Of a stretch of 64,000 nucleotides of DNA, positions 13,001 to 26,677 are shown one piece after another. Under the pieces are notes generated by a model. The model had not been told where the DNA came from and did not search any database. It worked only from the letters and a program-made list of their open reading frames with translations. Numbering within the stretch: position 1 is the first letter of the stretch; every line of letters starts with the position of its first letter. The stretch spans positions 82,119 through 146,118 of the forward strand of contig NMRA01000540.1 of assembly GCA_002633005.1 (NCBI GenBank), given 5' to 3'. The position numbers were made by a program, and so were the translations under genes. Origin of the DNA: Phoronis australis. Its lineage: Eukaryota; Animalia; Phoronida.

Positions 13001-16000
13001 GCTTGTCTAGCCGAGATGTATAAAAAGTAGTGACCAGCTAGTAGTACACAGCTCGGTCTCCACCCCACTGCGGTCATCACCTGGGTCGGAAATCCGTGAC
13101 AAGTAGTCAATGATAATCACCTGCTGAGGCGTCTTAAATTCTTATGCATACAATAACGCATCATGTTATTTTGCTATCAAATGATAAAGACAAAAAGGGA
13201 TGTGAGACTGTACGGGGGTTTCATTTTAAGCCAATAGACCGCCTGCATTGTAGTGAACATTGCAGTGAATGGTGCAGTCTGGTAATTTTTAGCAATTCTG
13301 CCATTTTTCTGACCTCAGCTTGTTTTTGCTGGGCGGGTCAAAATTTGTGATTTGTGCTGTACAACACGTACAAACCAGTGTAACGTACATTGCAATTTGA
13401 AGTGGTAGCAAGTCCAATGATTTTCACACGTTTTGCTTCATGAAATAAAAGCTGTTGTAGTAGAAGTCTGCCCTAACATTCTGGCATTGTGGTATGATGA
13501 GATTTGTGCCAGCACGATATTATATGAAATTGGATGACTGTGTATCTTCACCCCTATAGCATACTCCCTCTGCAATCACCAATTTTTCATCATTTCTTAC
13601 TTTTATTGGACATTTGCTGTTAAGCAATAGCGCTTACCAAATGTCAGTTTTATTATCTTTGTACCAAAGAATTTTTAATACCGAGTCTTATCATTTTGAA
13701 TACAGGTACAACTAGTATTTGGCTGTTTATTGTTAACTGACCCTCTGAATTCCAGTTGTTAGTAATAAAGGTTTTGAACTGCGTAGTAGTATAGTTACAA
13801 CGACAACGTGCATTCAATCCGTTTGGAAGCTAAGTGTATTTCAAGTGCAAGCATAATTTACAATATTGTTATCGAATCATCTCCATAGCAACTGAACGAC
13901 TCGTCTGTGATAATGAGTATCCTCTCGTCTAATGCTGTGAACCCTGCCACTGGCCTGGAGAAGCTCATCTCATACTATCCGTGTACGGAGAAAAAGGAGA
14001 GGGGCAGGACCAAGTACGAGTTTCAGAACAAATATCACGTCATGTACGGAGAGGCTCAGTGTGCTAAGAGTAAAAAGGAATTGAAGTAAGTATTCGTGGC
14101 AACAGGTTGGAGAAAATAATTGTGTGTTCCGGTTTTGTTTTGAACTCCTGGCATAATGTAGTGTTGAGAAACACAGGGAAGCTAAGTAAAAGCAGGCAAT
14201 AATTGTTGGAAAATTTTCAAATTATGGGTACTCTGCAATTGATTTCGGTTCATTTCTTACGTTATATAGTTCAAGTTCTATTTGTGTATGTCAGCATGCC
14301 ATCTTATAGCGTGTAGTTCATACCCTGTAATTCTCGTTTAGACTGGGAAACACAAAAAACTATTTGAAAATCAGTCGATGATTTTTGTGATGCTTGAAGA
14401 GTTTTTTGCACTGTAGAAGCTTCTGAATCCCATTGCTTATCCGTAAGGAATCAAAAATTACATATTGCAACATGTTCTTCTGTAGGGAATCAAAAATTAC
14501 ATATTGCAACATGTTCTTCTGTAGGGAATCAAAAATTACATATTGCAACATGTTCTTCTGTAGGGAATCAAAAATTACATATTGCAACATGTTCTTCTGT
14601 AGGGAATCAAATATTACATATTGCAACATGTTCTTCTGCTTGTTTTGGTGAAACTTTACTGGTATGTTAAGCCCTGCTTATTGTGCCGTAATCTCTGACT
14701 GTCAAGCCAACGTTCAATGCTGTATCTTGAGATCCCCTTAACGGATATTGGTGAAATTATGTTGACTGACGTACTCCTATCTTGGATGGAATGGCACGGG
14801 TTTAGTAGTTGTATGGATTCGACTATGGCTGTAGCCTCTAGTGGTAATTAACCTCTACATCTATGGAGTTCCTTGACGGACTGTTTGGCAAATAGGTTTT
14901 TATTATGAAGATTAAAACACCTTCCCCTTTTCTGACAGATTTTACATATTGTGCACCACTTAGTGGCCACTGTTTTTATTTTTATGTCAGTTTTTGCCAT
15001 ATGTCTCTTTATTTGCTAATAAAAGCACCTGAAGGATGACTGTGAAATTGGTAATAGTCACTTAAAGTGTCCCACATTTTGGGAACCAGTTTTCTCCACT
15101 GAATAACGGGCATCAAACTGGTAATCAAAGTCTGGGACTTTTTATCCTGAATTTTTGTAGATGTGTTCTCAGTGACATGATGATGGGTGACATAGATTCT
15201 TGGACGGGTCCAACTACTATGCCCCCTGTTGCAATTTTTTAACTGTGCCTCAATATTTTGTTGTTGATCAACATCAAATTTGGTATGTTTGTCCCAACAG
15301 AGGATTACCAGATACTAATTTTGGCACAAGTCTCAGTACTGCAGCATCTCCTAGTGGCAGTTTAGGTTTTCTTTGTTTAGGGCTCTTCTCTACTGTGTTC
15401 CTTGATGGATGTGTCATTTTACTGGATACTAAATTAATAAACACAGCCAGAAGTATCCTGTTTCAAGTGTCGAATGTTGCGATTTAATATAAAAAATTCA
15501 ATGTGACAAGTTAAGACTTGATGTGGTTTTAATGAAGTTGGAGTGAAACTCGTAGGTGTTATATTTGACTTCAGGTTATGAAGGCAACTTTTGGAGCATC
15601 ATATGTCAGTTGGAAATGGGTGATCGAATTCATACGAAACTATCTGATACCAATTCTTAAATCAATGATACATAGTTCTCTAAAATGCTGTTTTTGAGCT
15701 GTTCCAATTTTCGATGAGTTATCAAAAAGTTGGATTTTTATGACTTATGAAAAAATCAAAAGTTGCATAAAATGAAAGTGAAATGCTAAAGTTATAACAC
15801 AGTTTTTATGATTTCATCTTCAACATTTATGTCAAATTATTCGACGTAAATTTCTTTTTGCAAAAATTTTACTTGTCACGGACCCACTTAACAGCAGATT
15901 TAAATGTAGTATAAGTCAAAATATTTACTGAGTTACTATAGTTACGTAGATATTTGACAAAATACACAGACTTTTCCAGTAAGTCACTTCATTCTTATTT

Positions 16001-16171
16001 CATATTGTCCTCAAGTTGGCCAGTTTTGACTCACTGATGCAGTGCTCAATAAAACTTAAAGCATGTGAAGCAGTTGGGGTAATTACTCGAAAACAGAAAT
16101 TTAAAATGTCTTAATTTCATAATTGTTGCACATTTGTCTGATGTTTTATAGCTCTCATGAAAGCTGTAAAG

Positions 16172-16217
<46 letters not shown>

Positions 16218-18438
16218 CATTCTTATTTGCCCAGCATTACTGTATTGCCACTCCTTTTGTTTATCAGAGAAGAGATAAAATGGCGCAAATGGACGGACGA
16301 CGTACTGATGCACGTGATTGCGCCTAACTGCTATAGAAGCCCGAGTGAGGCGCTGCAAGCTTTTCACAACTACTCTGACATCGGGGATTGGGAAAAGGAG
16401 TTTACGGCTTTCGAGCGGCGGACAATCATCTATGTGGGCGCGTTTGTCATGTATGTTCTGGGAAAATACCTCAAGCGAAAGTAAGTACTTTCTTGTCAGC
16501 ACCATTTTCAAAAAATGTCTATGGCAAACGAATAAGTTCATGATGTTGTTTTGTAATTTAACCCTTAATATTTAATTGAATTAGTAAGTAATTTTTCAAA
16601 AAACTAGATACATCTGGAGCTCCCAACTGAACAGGCGTTGCTATTTTTGTACATGTAACATGTTTCATTGGGGAGTCTTGCTTCATTTTCATTTCACATT
16701 TTTCGGAAAGAAACATTAAGTCGATTTATTATTTAATGATGCGAGTTCATAATCTCTGCTGTTCTTGGCAAAAATAAAACAAAAATTGGTATACTTAGGT
16801 CTATTCTTTTGTGATAACTGGATATTCTGCAGATAACTCAATACATGGAAAACGTACCAAAACGCTGTAAGAGTATAAATCTTTGAGGGTTCTGAGGCAT
16901 CCACAGCATCAAGTAAATACAAAAGCTGTCATGAGGTATTTTAGTTAACAAAACAGCGCAGGACTTAAAGTGGGACTGATGAGTTCACATTATGAATTAG
17001 TAGGCTGTACCCTCCTTCTGATGCATTGTTGCTGGCAATAATTTCCAGCCTTCTGGCATTTCAGGTACAAGCTAAAGGCGGACGTGAGAGAGTCTCTCTA
17101 TGAGACGTGTGACGAATGGGTGGCAGCCGTGGGCAAGACTAGGCAGTTCATGGGGGGTAGTGAGCCTAACTTAGCAGATCTGGTGAGTAGAGCAGTTCAC
17201 ATGGTAGATGGTACCAGTAAGAGCAAGCAGTATACGGAGGAATAGTGGGCTTTACATGGCAGAGGTGGTGAATAGACAAGTTCACATGGTAGATGGTACC
17301 AGTAAGAGCAAGCAGTATAGGGGGGAATAGTGAGCTTTACATGGCAGAGTTGGTGAATAGACAAGTTCACATGGTAGATGCTACCAGTAAGAGCAAGTAG
17401 TATAGGGAGGAATAGTGGGCAGAGCTAGTAAACAGACCAGTTCACATGGTAGATATTACGAGTAAGGATATACTGTTGTGGAAGAATAGTGAGTCTAAGC
17501 TGGTAGAGCTGGTGAATTTACCAGTTCACATGGTAGATCTTGGTATTAAAGGACATGCGGTTCATGGGAGGCAATGATTCTAACCTGGCAGTTCTGGTGA
17601 TAGCTGCAGTTCGCATGGTAGGTATCGGATATTTAATGGAGGCAGTGAATCTCACCTTGTAACCAAGCAGATCTGCTGTGTAGACCTGATCACATGAAAC
17701 ATTGTTGACAGACTAATGGTAATTAATGGGTTCACTTGGCTGGCAAGGTCTTAGTCCATGACCACCAAATTTTACACTGGACTCTACTAGAAAATTGGCC
17801 AATCACAGAGTGTGAAATTTCAGAGTTTACTCTCAGGGTTTCTCCTGATTGTTTAGATCTTGAGTGGAGTCGCAGTAAAGGTTGGTTGCCATAGACTCTG
17901 GTATGTAATCTGTTCCATTATTCATGCAGCAGCAAAATGAATCTGTTGTTAAAGAAGGTTCATATTCGATATAGAACACACATATACACACACATGTGCG
18001 CGCGCGCGCTTTCAATCACCTTATCCTTGGTTTAAATCTTATCAAACTGAGAATAATTGAATTCCTCCATAAAAGAATCTAATCGAACCTTGCCTACTTT
18101 TTGTCTTGTAAGAATATGTGGACACCCTCGTCAAGGTATCACAAAATTCTGTGTTTTTTGCAATTTCTCGAGAAAATTACAATTTCCACTCTTTTCAAGC
18201 CATTGTAAGTACATTTATTTATTAAGTTGGTATTATAAGGTATTTGTTTATGTACAAACTTACAAAGACCTCTTTGTTCCAGAGTGTCTATGGTGTGTTG
18301 TCATCCATGGAGGGCTGTATCGCGTTTCAAGATGCCTTGGTGAACAGTAATATTGGAGACTGGTACTACAGGACCAAGGCAGCTGTGCAGCACCATGGTG
18401 GAGCTGCAACACTGACAGCACTCGGAGCCTCTAGATGA
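10071..18438 (+). CDS. PTGES2: Prostaglandin E synthase 2 (mPGES-2; glutaredoxin/GST fold), 390 aa, 6 exons
   Basis: Exons 10071-10343, 12677-12892, 13889-14085, 16268-16480, 17065-17182 and 18283-18438 are all GT-AG and in phase (1173 nt). The protein has an Arg/Ser/Leu-rich presequence and a hydrophobic segment, plus LTLYQYVTCPFCCK (CxxC), QLNDSSVI, EEIKWRKW, PNCYRSPSEAL and FMGGSEPNLADLSVYGVL. Confidence 0.95.
10474..11567. mobile_element. Foldback element with long imperfect inverted arms (CACAG...CTGTG)
   Basis: 10474-10668 pairs with 11378-11567, and about 11106-11175 pairs with about 11309-11374. Confidence 0.75.
10671..11079. mobile_element. TGT...ACA MITE nested in the left arm of the foldback element
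   Basis: TIRs of about 50 bp: tgttctgcgctttatgttgatctgcgc..ggatgacgt / acgtcatcc..gcgcagatcaacaaaacgcgcagcaca. TSD is unclear. Confidence 0.7.
14443..14638. repeat. 39-bp minisatellite, 5 copies
   Basis: Unit gtagggaatcaaaaattacatattgcaacatgttcttct. Confidence 0.95.
14700..15450 (-). mobile_element. Degenerate reverse-orientation copy of the HINE-like family
   Basis: Reverse-strand motifs (cctctagtggta, ccacttagtggcca, ctcctagtggcag) and similar intervening sequence. Confidence 0.4.
16171..16217. repeat. (GTT)n microsatellite, about 15 units
   Basis: Seen directly; 50 nt upstream of PTGES2 exon 4. Confidence 0.95.
17141..17696 (+). repeat. Degenerate tandem repeat of about 85 bp (about 7 copies), derived from the PTGES2 exon 5 / intron 5 junction
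   Basis: Anchor agttcacatggtagat recurs at 17194, 17279, 17364, 17439, 17523 and 17608; the units include the exon 3' end and the donor. Confidence 0.8.
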
Positions 18439-21400
18439 AGCCTTTGAATACAACTGCACCAGGTGCCACTAGTTGCATATTAGTGTGATGGTGACACGTG
18501 GTGGTAGTGATTGTGATCATTGTTTGCGGTGTGTATTTGATGGGTCATAACTTTCTCCATAATTACGACTTGTAAAAAGACATAATTTTTTCTCGAAATT
18601 CCTCACACGGAAAGCGAATAACTCTCTAGTATACGTTGCAAGGTGGCACTTTCGTCAGGAGTTGTTTAAAAGGTATTTTTGACAAGCATTCACATTGCAT
18701 GCCTCTTTAAATGAAGGCAGTATACAAGTAAGATTACTCTGCACATGTCTGTGGGTTCACATATTATTTGGCCGTTTATTTTTTACTTACCATATTGATC
18801 CGAGTTATTGCCCATGCTGGGCTTACTCCCTACCTCCACTGACGTGTCAATGCAGCAAAAAGCATTTGCATTTTGATCAGGGTGTGATTTAGGGTTAAAT
18901 GGGAACATCAGGGCATAATGCCTGTCCCCTGATTTCTGAGTTCCCCGCTTTAAGCACCGTGAGCAGCAAACCAGACAATTACGATTGTTGAAGTATATGG
19001 TTATACCCTTCATGAAAGAAGTGACCTAACATTTTGTTGGGCCGGCGTCACACTCATAATTGTGGTTAGCTGTGATTAGTTTTGTTTAATGTGTTCACTT
19101 TCACTGTACCTTCCTTGTGTGTGTAGTCGGGTGAGAAGGCGCAGAATTTTGTACAATCTTGTGCCCAGGGAGGAACAGCTTGAATCAAGTTGGAATTTGA
19201 ATGAGGTGAAATCTTGGTGATGTAAAGGGCGGAAATATCAAACAGTAGTGTGTTACTTTGTCTGAGACCATGGACATTCTATATGAAATTTACTGAACAT
19301 GTATCATTTTCATTTTGAGCTAATAAAATTTACGCTTCTTCCATCATAGCTGGGGAACTATTGTAAGTTTTTTTCTGAAATTTTTGTTGCTGTGTGTTGA
19401 GAATTTCTGAAAAATAGGCTCACCTGAAGGTATACCTATAGGCAAATTTTAGGAAAGTTTTTCTAAATCCACTCCCATGGGCATATCTTCGAAAAACTGT
19501 TTGCATGTTTTAAAAATCTGGTGGATTGTTTTAAATTACATAAAATCTTTTGTTATGTAATAGCGTTTATTTTGGCGAGACATATTTTGCGAGTGGCGAT
19601 ATCACTCAAATGGTTATCATTCAATGACATGTTGGCTCACTATTACTACGGTATGGAGAACTGATTTAATGCATTGTTTGCTGAATGTAAAATTAAGTAT
19701 GGACAAATAAAACTTATAGTAACTTGTGAGATGCAACTACATACATGTACATTAAAAAGGATGTGTTTATTTAAAAAACATGGTTTCAATCACCTCGTGC
19801 TCTTAGAAGTCTTAAAGTACCTTGTCTCTTGTTATTCATGTCAACCCAGTTAGACTTGAATAAGTTGACTCTTGGTCTTAAGTTGTGCAAATTACATTGC
19901 CAGTAAACCAACCGCAATGTAGTGCTTCCCGTTGCTGCCAGGTGGCAGCATCATAGATGATCCTAATGAGAATGCCAGGTGGCAGCACCATTCATGTTCT
20001 CCCCCTTTGGGAGTGGTTGCAGTTCATGTGCAGACATCATTCCTATGTCTGTGTTTCAGCAGTAACACAAGATGTTTGAACTACATGTATTGACACTTCA
20101 TAAGCTTGATGTACAACTGTAGCTACGAGGGCGATTCACTTCTTTTATCCACCCAATGACTTAAAACAGAGAGAACCATATTCAGTTGTTTAATTTCTGA
20201 AATCTAATTGTTAAACCACAGCAACTTCTCTCAGCCTAATTTAGGATTGGATCACTTATTGCAGCTACATGTATACAACTGGGCTGGTCTTGTTCTAAAC
20301 TTAGATTCGATGTGATATACATGTATGTATCTAGGCATGGATTAAAGTGGCAGTCATTGACATGAGGGGTCTGCTTCATGAAACGTAGCAGGTCAGAAAT
20401 CGGTGTTATGCTTCAAACAACAATTTTCAACAAAATAATTACTGTCTCTCAAAGATGCAGAGCTAATGAACAATTAATACATTTCTTTAAACTGCATACC
20501 CTTAGCTACAGAATATATAAATAAGTCAATTTTTGTGATGTTTTAGAATTTGTCTCATGATAATTCATAGTGATTGGGTTCGATTTCCTTCCAACAAGAA
20601 TTCTGTGACCATCAGCAGTTCCAGAAAACACTTTGGAGTTAATCGTTGTTCTCCAACTATAAAATTGTGATTTTAAAAATGGCTCATGTACTCTGTACCA
20701 GCACTAGCAGCCATCGCATTCAACAAAACCTCAGGTCAGGAATAGTGTTGTAAGTTGAGAAGTGACATGATCCAGTTTGATTACTATTATTGAGTATTAT
20801 CTATCAGTATTCTCTCCACGCCCAAGAAACGTTCATCATCTTAGTAAAGAACAAGTTTTACAGCATTCAGTGATGAATGGTCTACGTCACAAGGTCGTTG
20901 CTTCGGTGGAAGGCTAGTTAACACTGAACCTTAAATTGCTCTCCAAAGAATTGCGGGAATTTTCACCACTCGTCCTTCCAAGCGGCTTTTACATGGATCA
21001 AAGAGAGCGCGTCGCCGGAGTCAGGTGCAGTTGTGATGACGGCATTGTTCCGTAGGAGCAAGAACCATAAACTGTAGTAACCATCTCTGCCTCTGTACAC
21101 ACTGGGGAATTTTCAAAATGCATTAACCAATAACTTTCGTTAAAAACGACCACCACGGCGGTATTTAGCTGGAAAAAACAACCAAGTTTGGTTTTTAAAG
21201 CTAAAAGCTAAAAAGTGGGTGCGATTAAAGACAAACGACTGTACGTATTGATATACTCGATGGATTTACCAACGCTGATAAGAGTTAACAATGTCACATG
21301 AATTATTCTTTGAAAATTCTTTCAATCAAATTTTAACCAAATTTTTTACCAGGACATTTGGGGCTTGGCCCGAGAGAAGCGCCCTCACTCCTTCCAGTCA

Positions 21401-22278
21401 TTCGAGCAGACGGTCTGGAGTGTACATGTTATGTCTCCAACAACACACATGTTTAGCGTATGACAAAGATTCATAAAAAAATCCGTTTGGACACAACTGT
21501 AATCGAATTCTTCACAAAAATAATGGTTAATCCTCTTTTGATTGGAAATTTTTTACCAAGAATTAAACGAAATATCCGTGAGAAAAGCGAATTTGCACAA
21601 CATTTTACTGGGGATTTCCTTGAAGGTTAATGCGCATCGATGTGTTGTATGCTTTGTTTTCTGATTCATAACAATTTGTATTCATATTAATAACGTGTTT
21701 TTACCATTTCAATGTTACAGAATACAATTTTGACATATAGTCATGCGTTTTGCAGCTCTGTTCTTTGTTACTGTGTGCTGCAGCGAACCATTTTACTGCG
21801 TGGACGCGTTTAGCTGGCCTTAGGCTCAGTCACCTGGCGTAACCCGTCATTGTTCTGTGAAGGCTAGGAGCATTTTTGCTCTGTTACCAGGTTACTAAGT
21901 TCCAAGCCATGGACGAAAACGGACAATGGCTCCGGCTCGAATCAGCGAGCGTGGGAGGAACGTATACAAATGTCGTTTTCAACAGAGTCCTACTCAGGAC
22001 GAATTGTTCTCGACCAATCACATCAGATCTCTAGACTTTTACAGAATCAATGGTATTTTCCAAAATGTCCATACTTGAGCTTAATCGTACCTCTTGTTTC
22101 GCAATACGGTAAAAATTCCCGGACAGTGAAAGAAAATATTTTGAACCAGCCATTTAGAAACAGTTAAGTTGGTCGTCTGAAATTCGAGAAAAATAAACGA
22201 AAAAGTCGGCAATGTCGATCGTGTCTGAAATCTTATATTTGAGTGCTGAAGTTTCGATTTACGGTTTTAGAAAGTTTG

Positions 22279-22448
22279 CAGGGGTGGATTGAGGATTGAG
22301 GATTTTGAGTTAAAGGGGGGCCAGAGGACAGAGTATAAGCCATGATTTTGACATTCGTAGCCCGAACTGCCAAATGGAATATGGGAGACTTTAAGGGGGC
22401 CATGGCCCCTTTGCCTCCTCCCCCCACCCCCCTTAAATGCGCCACTGG
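22279..22448. mobile_element. Monomer of the same MITE family, opposite orientation
   Basis: CAGGGGTGGAT ... ATGCGCCACTG termini with GTTTG on both flanks; internal sequence is related to 23300-23605. Confidence 0.6.
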
Positions 22449-23089
22449 TTTGAACAGCCGCGCACTGAGAATTGTGGACGTTTTCGCTGACTCAGGAAAT
22501 TCACACGATGTCCTAAAAAACAAAAAGAACGATGTTACTGACTCTAAACACAATCCAGGAAATATATTTGAAGTGTACAGTGTAACATGCCTTGGTTATT
22601 TACAATATCCATTGATGATCAACGTCTTCACGTTAAACTGTTCGCAAACCAAACATACTAGACGACGCAGCTGCAGTGGTAGGTCCTACGTATTTCTAAT
22701 CGCAAAACGCCATGACCCGTAGCCTGTTATAAGCGCGTAGCTTTTGGGCTGATGCTTTAGCGGGTCATCCTGATAATCTCGGCCCTGGCGGCCTGGTGCT
22801 GCTGTTGGTAGTAAATTTTATCTGTCCCATATAAATTGCGGCCCAATAGCAGTGCTGTTTATTTTTTTATTCCCTTATTTTATTAAGACCTCGGCTATAG
22901 GCTTAGGTTTCATTTTTAAAACTCACACGCCATGGGTCAAATGACCCATGGCAGGGACTGACTGGAACGGGTGGAAACGGAGCAACTTTGACTAAACACT
23001 ATTATAGGTTAACGCTCTGATTTAGATGGTGTCGAAATTCTTAACCTCGCTAGGTGCGAGAGTTCCCAAACATTTCGCTTAGAATACAA

Positions 23090-23780
23090 TGGTTATGGTG
23101 AGAATAATACATTGTGAAACAGAACGCTCAGTAATAAACGCCAACATGGCTACTCACAATCCCGTGTAGGACGAGCTAGACGGAGCTCATAAGTCCCGAC
23201 TTCGCAGGTGGATCGTTAAGTTTTACAGGCTATCAATTCGAACAGGAATACAGTGATGAAGAAATACTAGAGAGGCGCCGTGAACAAACTCAGACAACGC
23301 ACTGGCGGATTTAGAGGGGGCCAAGGGAGCCATGCCCCCCTAAAATTCCCTTGCCAGATTTCATTTGGTAGTTCGGGGGTGCGCCGTCTGACGGGCAAAA
23401 TTCTGGCTAATACTCTGCCCTAGCCCCCCTAAACAAAAATCCTGGATCCGCCCCTGCAATGGCTGATTTAGAGGGGACCATGGGCCCCCCTAAAATTCTC
23501 CCATATTCCATTGGGCAGTTCGGGGGTGCGAATGTCTGACTGTTAAATCCTTGCTAATACTCAGGCCTGCCCCCCCCCAACTCAAAATTCTGTATCCGCC
23601 CCTTGACAACGGAACGCATGGAGTAATTTGGTAAGCCGGCATTCGTGAAGCACTGTCGACGTCTGCAGGCCACAGAAACGGAGATGTTTCACGGCCTCAT
23701 ATTTGCTATTTACAGCGTACATTTCATTCTTCACTACCATGAGCCACTTCCTAAGCATTTCACCGGTACATATCACAGAT
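23090..23780. mobile_element. Family B fragment in opposite orientation, interrupted by a MITE dimer
   Basis: Reverse complement of about 40515-40875 (cagaacgctcagtaataaacgccaacatggc ... gagccacttcctaagcattt). Confidence 0.75.
23300..23605. mobile_element. Tandem dimer of a short G/C-tract MITE (hAT-like CA...TG ends)
   Basis: Two related units of about 150 bp (23300-23456, 23457-23605) with ggcggattta ... ggatccgcc ends. Host sequence ACAACG is duplicated on both sides (23294-23299, 23606-23611). Confidence 0.7.
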
Positions 23781-26677
23781 TTTTTTGACACATCTTATTT
23801 GTACACCTAGGCGCAATGATTAATAACTAGCACATTTTTAGCTTTAAAAATTACTGGTTTCTGTAACATTGGTCCTCTTATATTTTAGGGATGAAATCTG
23901 ATGGCAAACTTTAGACAACTGCTGCGAAATGCCAGTAAAAGAAAACTACGTCTCTAGCATGAATATGTCCATCCTGTGTTAGTCAAAGGCTGTAGGAAGC
24001 GGGGATCCGGGGGCACGTGGCCCCCAATAATTATCAAAACGTCAGGGTTAAACCAAGGTGTGTATCCTCGTACACTCCTTGGTTAAACCGTGGCAGCCCC
24101 CGTAGTCGTGCCGGAGCCTGTCGAGAAAAGAAAGAAAATGCAACTGCCAGTGCTCGATTTATCCTTTGAGGTAGCTGGCCATGACCTTCTTTTTAGAGGA
24201 CTCCACTTATTGAAGGTAAACGCATTTGAAATTGTACCGACAGTTAATCATTCATACATGAGCTTCAAAAAAGATGAGGAAATTTGTAAATCACAGCTTT
24301 TTCAGAGAGTATTAATTCACTGGATTTTAAATTCAAAAAGATACCTTTACGGAGTGCAAAACTATACTTCTCCTGAGATCAACTCACCAAGGGATAATGG
24401 CGTCATCGGTCACTCTTTTTCATTTTTCTCCAAAATTAGTATATCACTTGATGAAAAGGGAGAACCTGGCAGATAGCATAAATTGTTGTTCATTTCCTTT
24501 TTTGAAATTATAGATCCTTTTATAATTATGAGCCCAGCCCTTGGTGGGGCCTGTGGATGGCGTCCATGCGGTCACATTTTTTGTACTTTTTATTGATAAC
24601 TGCTCAAGAGGCTGTTTATGGAAAGCGGGCGTAATGATGGAATCTATTTCCTGTTTCTGTGAAGTGCAACCTTTTGTGTTAAGGTCACTGTCTTTGAAGG
24701 TCACACGATGATGGAATTAACTGTCACTCTTTTCTATTTTTAGTGATATTCAGCCTATCATATTAAGGGCTCCTTTTTCAGACACGGTCTTCACTCGGAG
24801 GGGCGTCCCAGGGTGATTGACCTTTGCCCCTCAAAGTATCCGTGAAATTTTGCTGAAACACGGTAGTTACTCAACTTCTGATGGCTGCCAATCCTGGGTT
24901 TTTCCACACACCCCCCTCCCCAATGTTGGACGTGGGGGGTCACGGATAATGGCGGAGGTGGCGAAAGAAAGGGGGGGTTTGGCTTAGTCGAATTGGTTTG
25001 TGCCATTTTGAGGTCTTGCACCCAATCAAATAAAATTAACATGTGAAATTTAAAAATGAATGATAAAAAATAGACCAGATTTACCTAGCGCTGTAAATTA
25101 CTAAGCTCCTAGAAAATTATTATGGGACTATAGACATGATTAATCTTAATAGGAAGCTTAACTCCCATGGTGAACACTTGGGCGCAGTCACCGGCAGCAC
25201 ACTGCAATTAACCCAATCACACAACTTTCACAAAATCTTCAAAAGCAAATTACCCCCTTGGCCGAGGTTACCCGGCTGAATAGGTTAAAATCCAAGACAT
25301 GCTAGATTTTTGAAAAATGTGTATTTCTATTCATATTTTCAAGTCCAAATTTGCAAACGGGGAGCTCCAAACAGGGAAGGCTTGCAAAAGAGGTGGACTC
25401 ACATGCATAGTTCTTATGCTTACACAAAGTGACGTGCATAAGCCTATGATTGATTACAAGGCAAAATATCTCACATCCATCTGCATGACTGATTTAAACC
25501 AGTCTAGATGTGTTAACAGATCTTTATACTAGCTTGCCTATAGCAAGCAGGTGAGAGTGAGAGAGGTCAGACTGACTGAATTGTACCTGGCGAGGTGACC
25601 TTATGCAGGAAAGTTGGGGTAGACTTATACATGGGTGAATACAGTATTTGGTATAAGGTCCACTGGCATTAAATACAAAATTATCATGTACCCTGATTCA
25701 AGTATATATATTATTATACAATATAATGTGCTCCTACTTAATGTCCTTTGATAAAAAATTAAATAAATAAATTACTAATTATATTCATTTTACACTATTT
25801 AACAATGATTGTAAAATAAAAATGTACAAGGCAAGATCTCTCAACATTTTGTAATGCTTCGCAATGCATTACAAGTACAAAATATCAGAGATTTCCAAGG
25901 AGTCATCTGGGGGCCCTTTCGGAACCTTTCATTTTCAAGCATTGACAGCATACAAAGTGGCCCCTAGGGGCGTCCTGCAGATTTTTAAGATGAAATCTCA
26001 AAAAACGCTGTTACAGTAGTCTAAGTTAAACTTTTGGAAATAAATAAGGCACAAAAAACAAGAGCAATTGAACAACAAAGCATTCTTTAAACAATGACTT
26101 GTGGTACTGCCTAGTCTAAAGATAAAACAGTGAAAGTACAATAAAACAAACGACAATGTTCTACATCGTCCATACAACTTGATATTGCCCTCACATCATA
26201 CATTCAATAAGTCTGGAGCACCAACCAATAGAAAACAGGCATGGTGTATGTATCAGCACATGACAATGATTTGTAAAAGCAGGATCTGACTTTGTTAATT
26301 ATATGCCTCAGAAGAACACAGTTTCTTTTAGTTTATCGTAGAACTCTATGACAGAATCGTTAACGATAAACCTACATTTTACTTACTTTACATAGGTCAA
26401 CAATAGTGGTGCTCTTCACAAAACAAGAAACAAATTTAGCATTTAATGACCTGACGCATGGTAATTCAGGATCCTTTTGCCACAATCAATAAAAACAACG
26501 TATGTCTCTGATTTTAAAAACATGTCCACAGTCAGGAAAATAAACCATTCCAAAGGAATCCAAGCAGTTGCAGACAATACAGCTTTGCATCTCTACAGAA
26601 GAATAGACCACCTGTAATTAGGTGCAAAATGGTAGAAGTGCTCTCGATTAGAAGAGCCACCACGTGGTGGCTGACAA

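Noticed and set aside
14360-14651. Repetitive ORFs on both strands (MLQYVIFDSLQKN / ESKITYCNMFFCR)
   Set aside because: By-product of a 39-bp intronic minisatellite; no splice or promoter support.
16155-16541. Poly-Thr ORF on the minus strand
   Set aside because: Antisense to PTGES2 exon 4 plus the (GTT)n microsatellite.
20840-23090. Intergenic ORFs (e.g. 22342-22722) or a further gene
   Set aside because: No recognisable domains. The region looks like decayed transposon sequence whose ends I could not define.
24046-24089. 19-bp inverted repeat as a terminator or ncRNA
   Set aside because: It sits within a G/C-tract MITE-like fragment and has no independent support.
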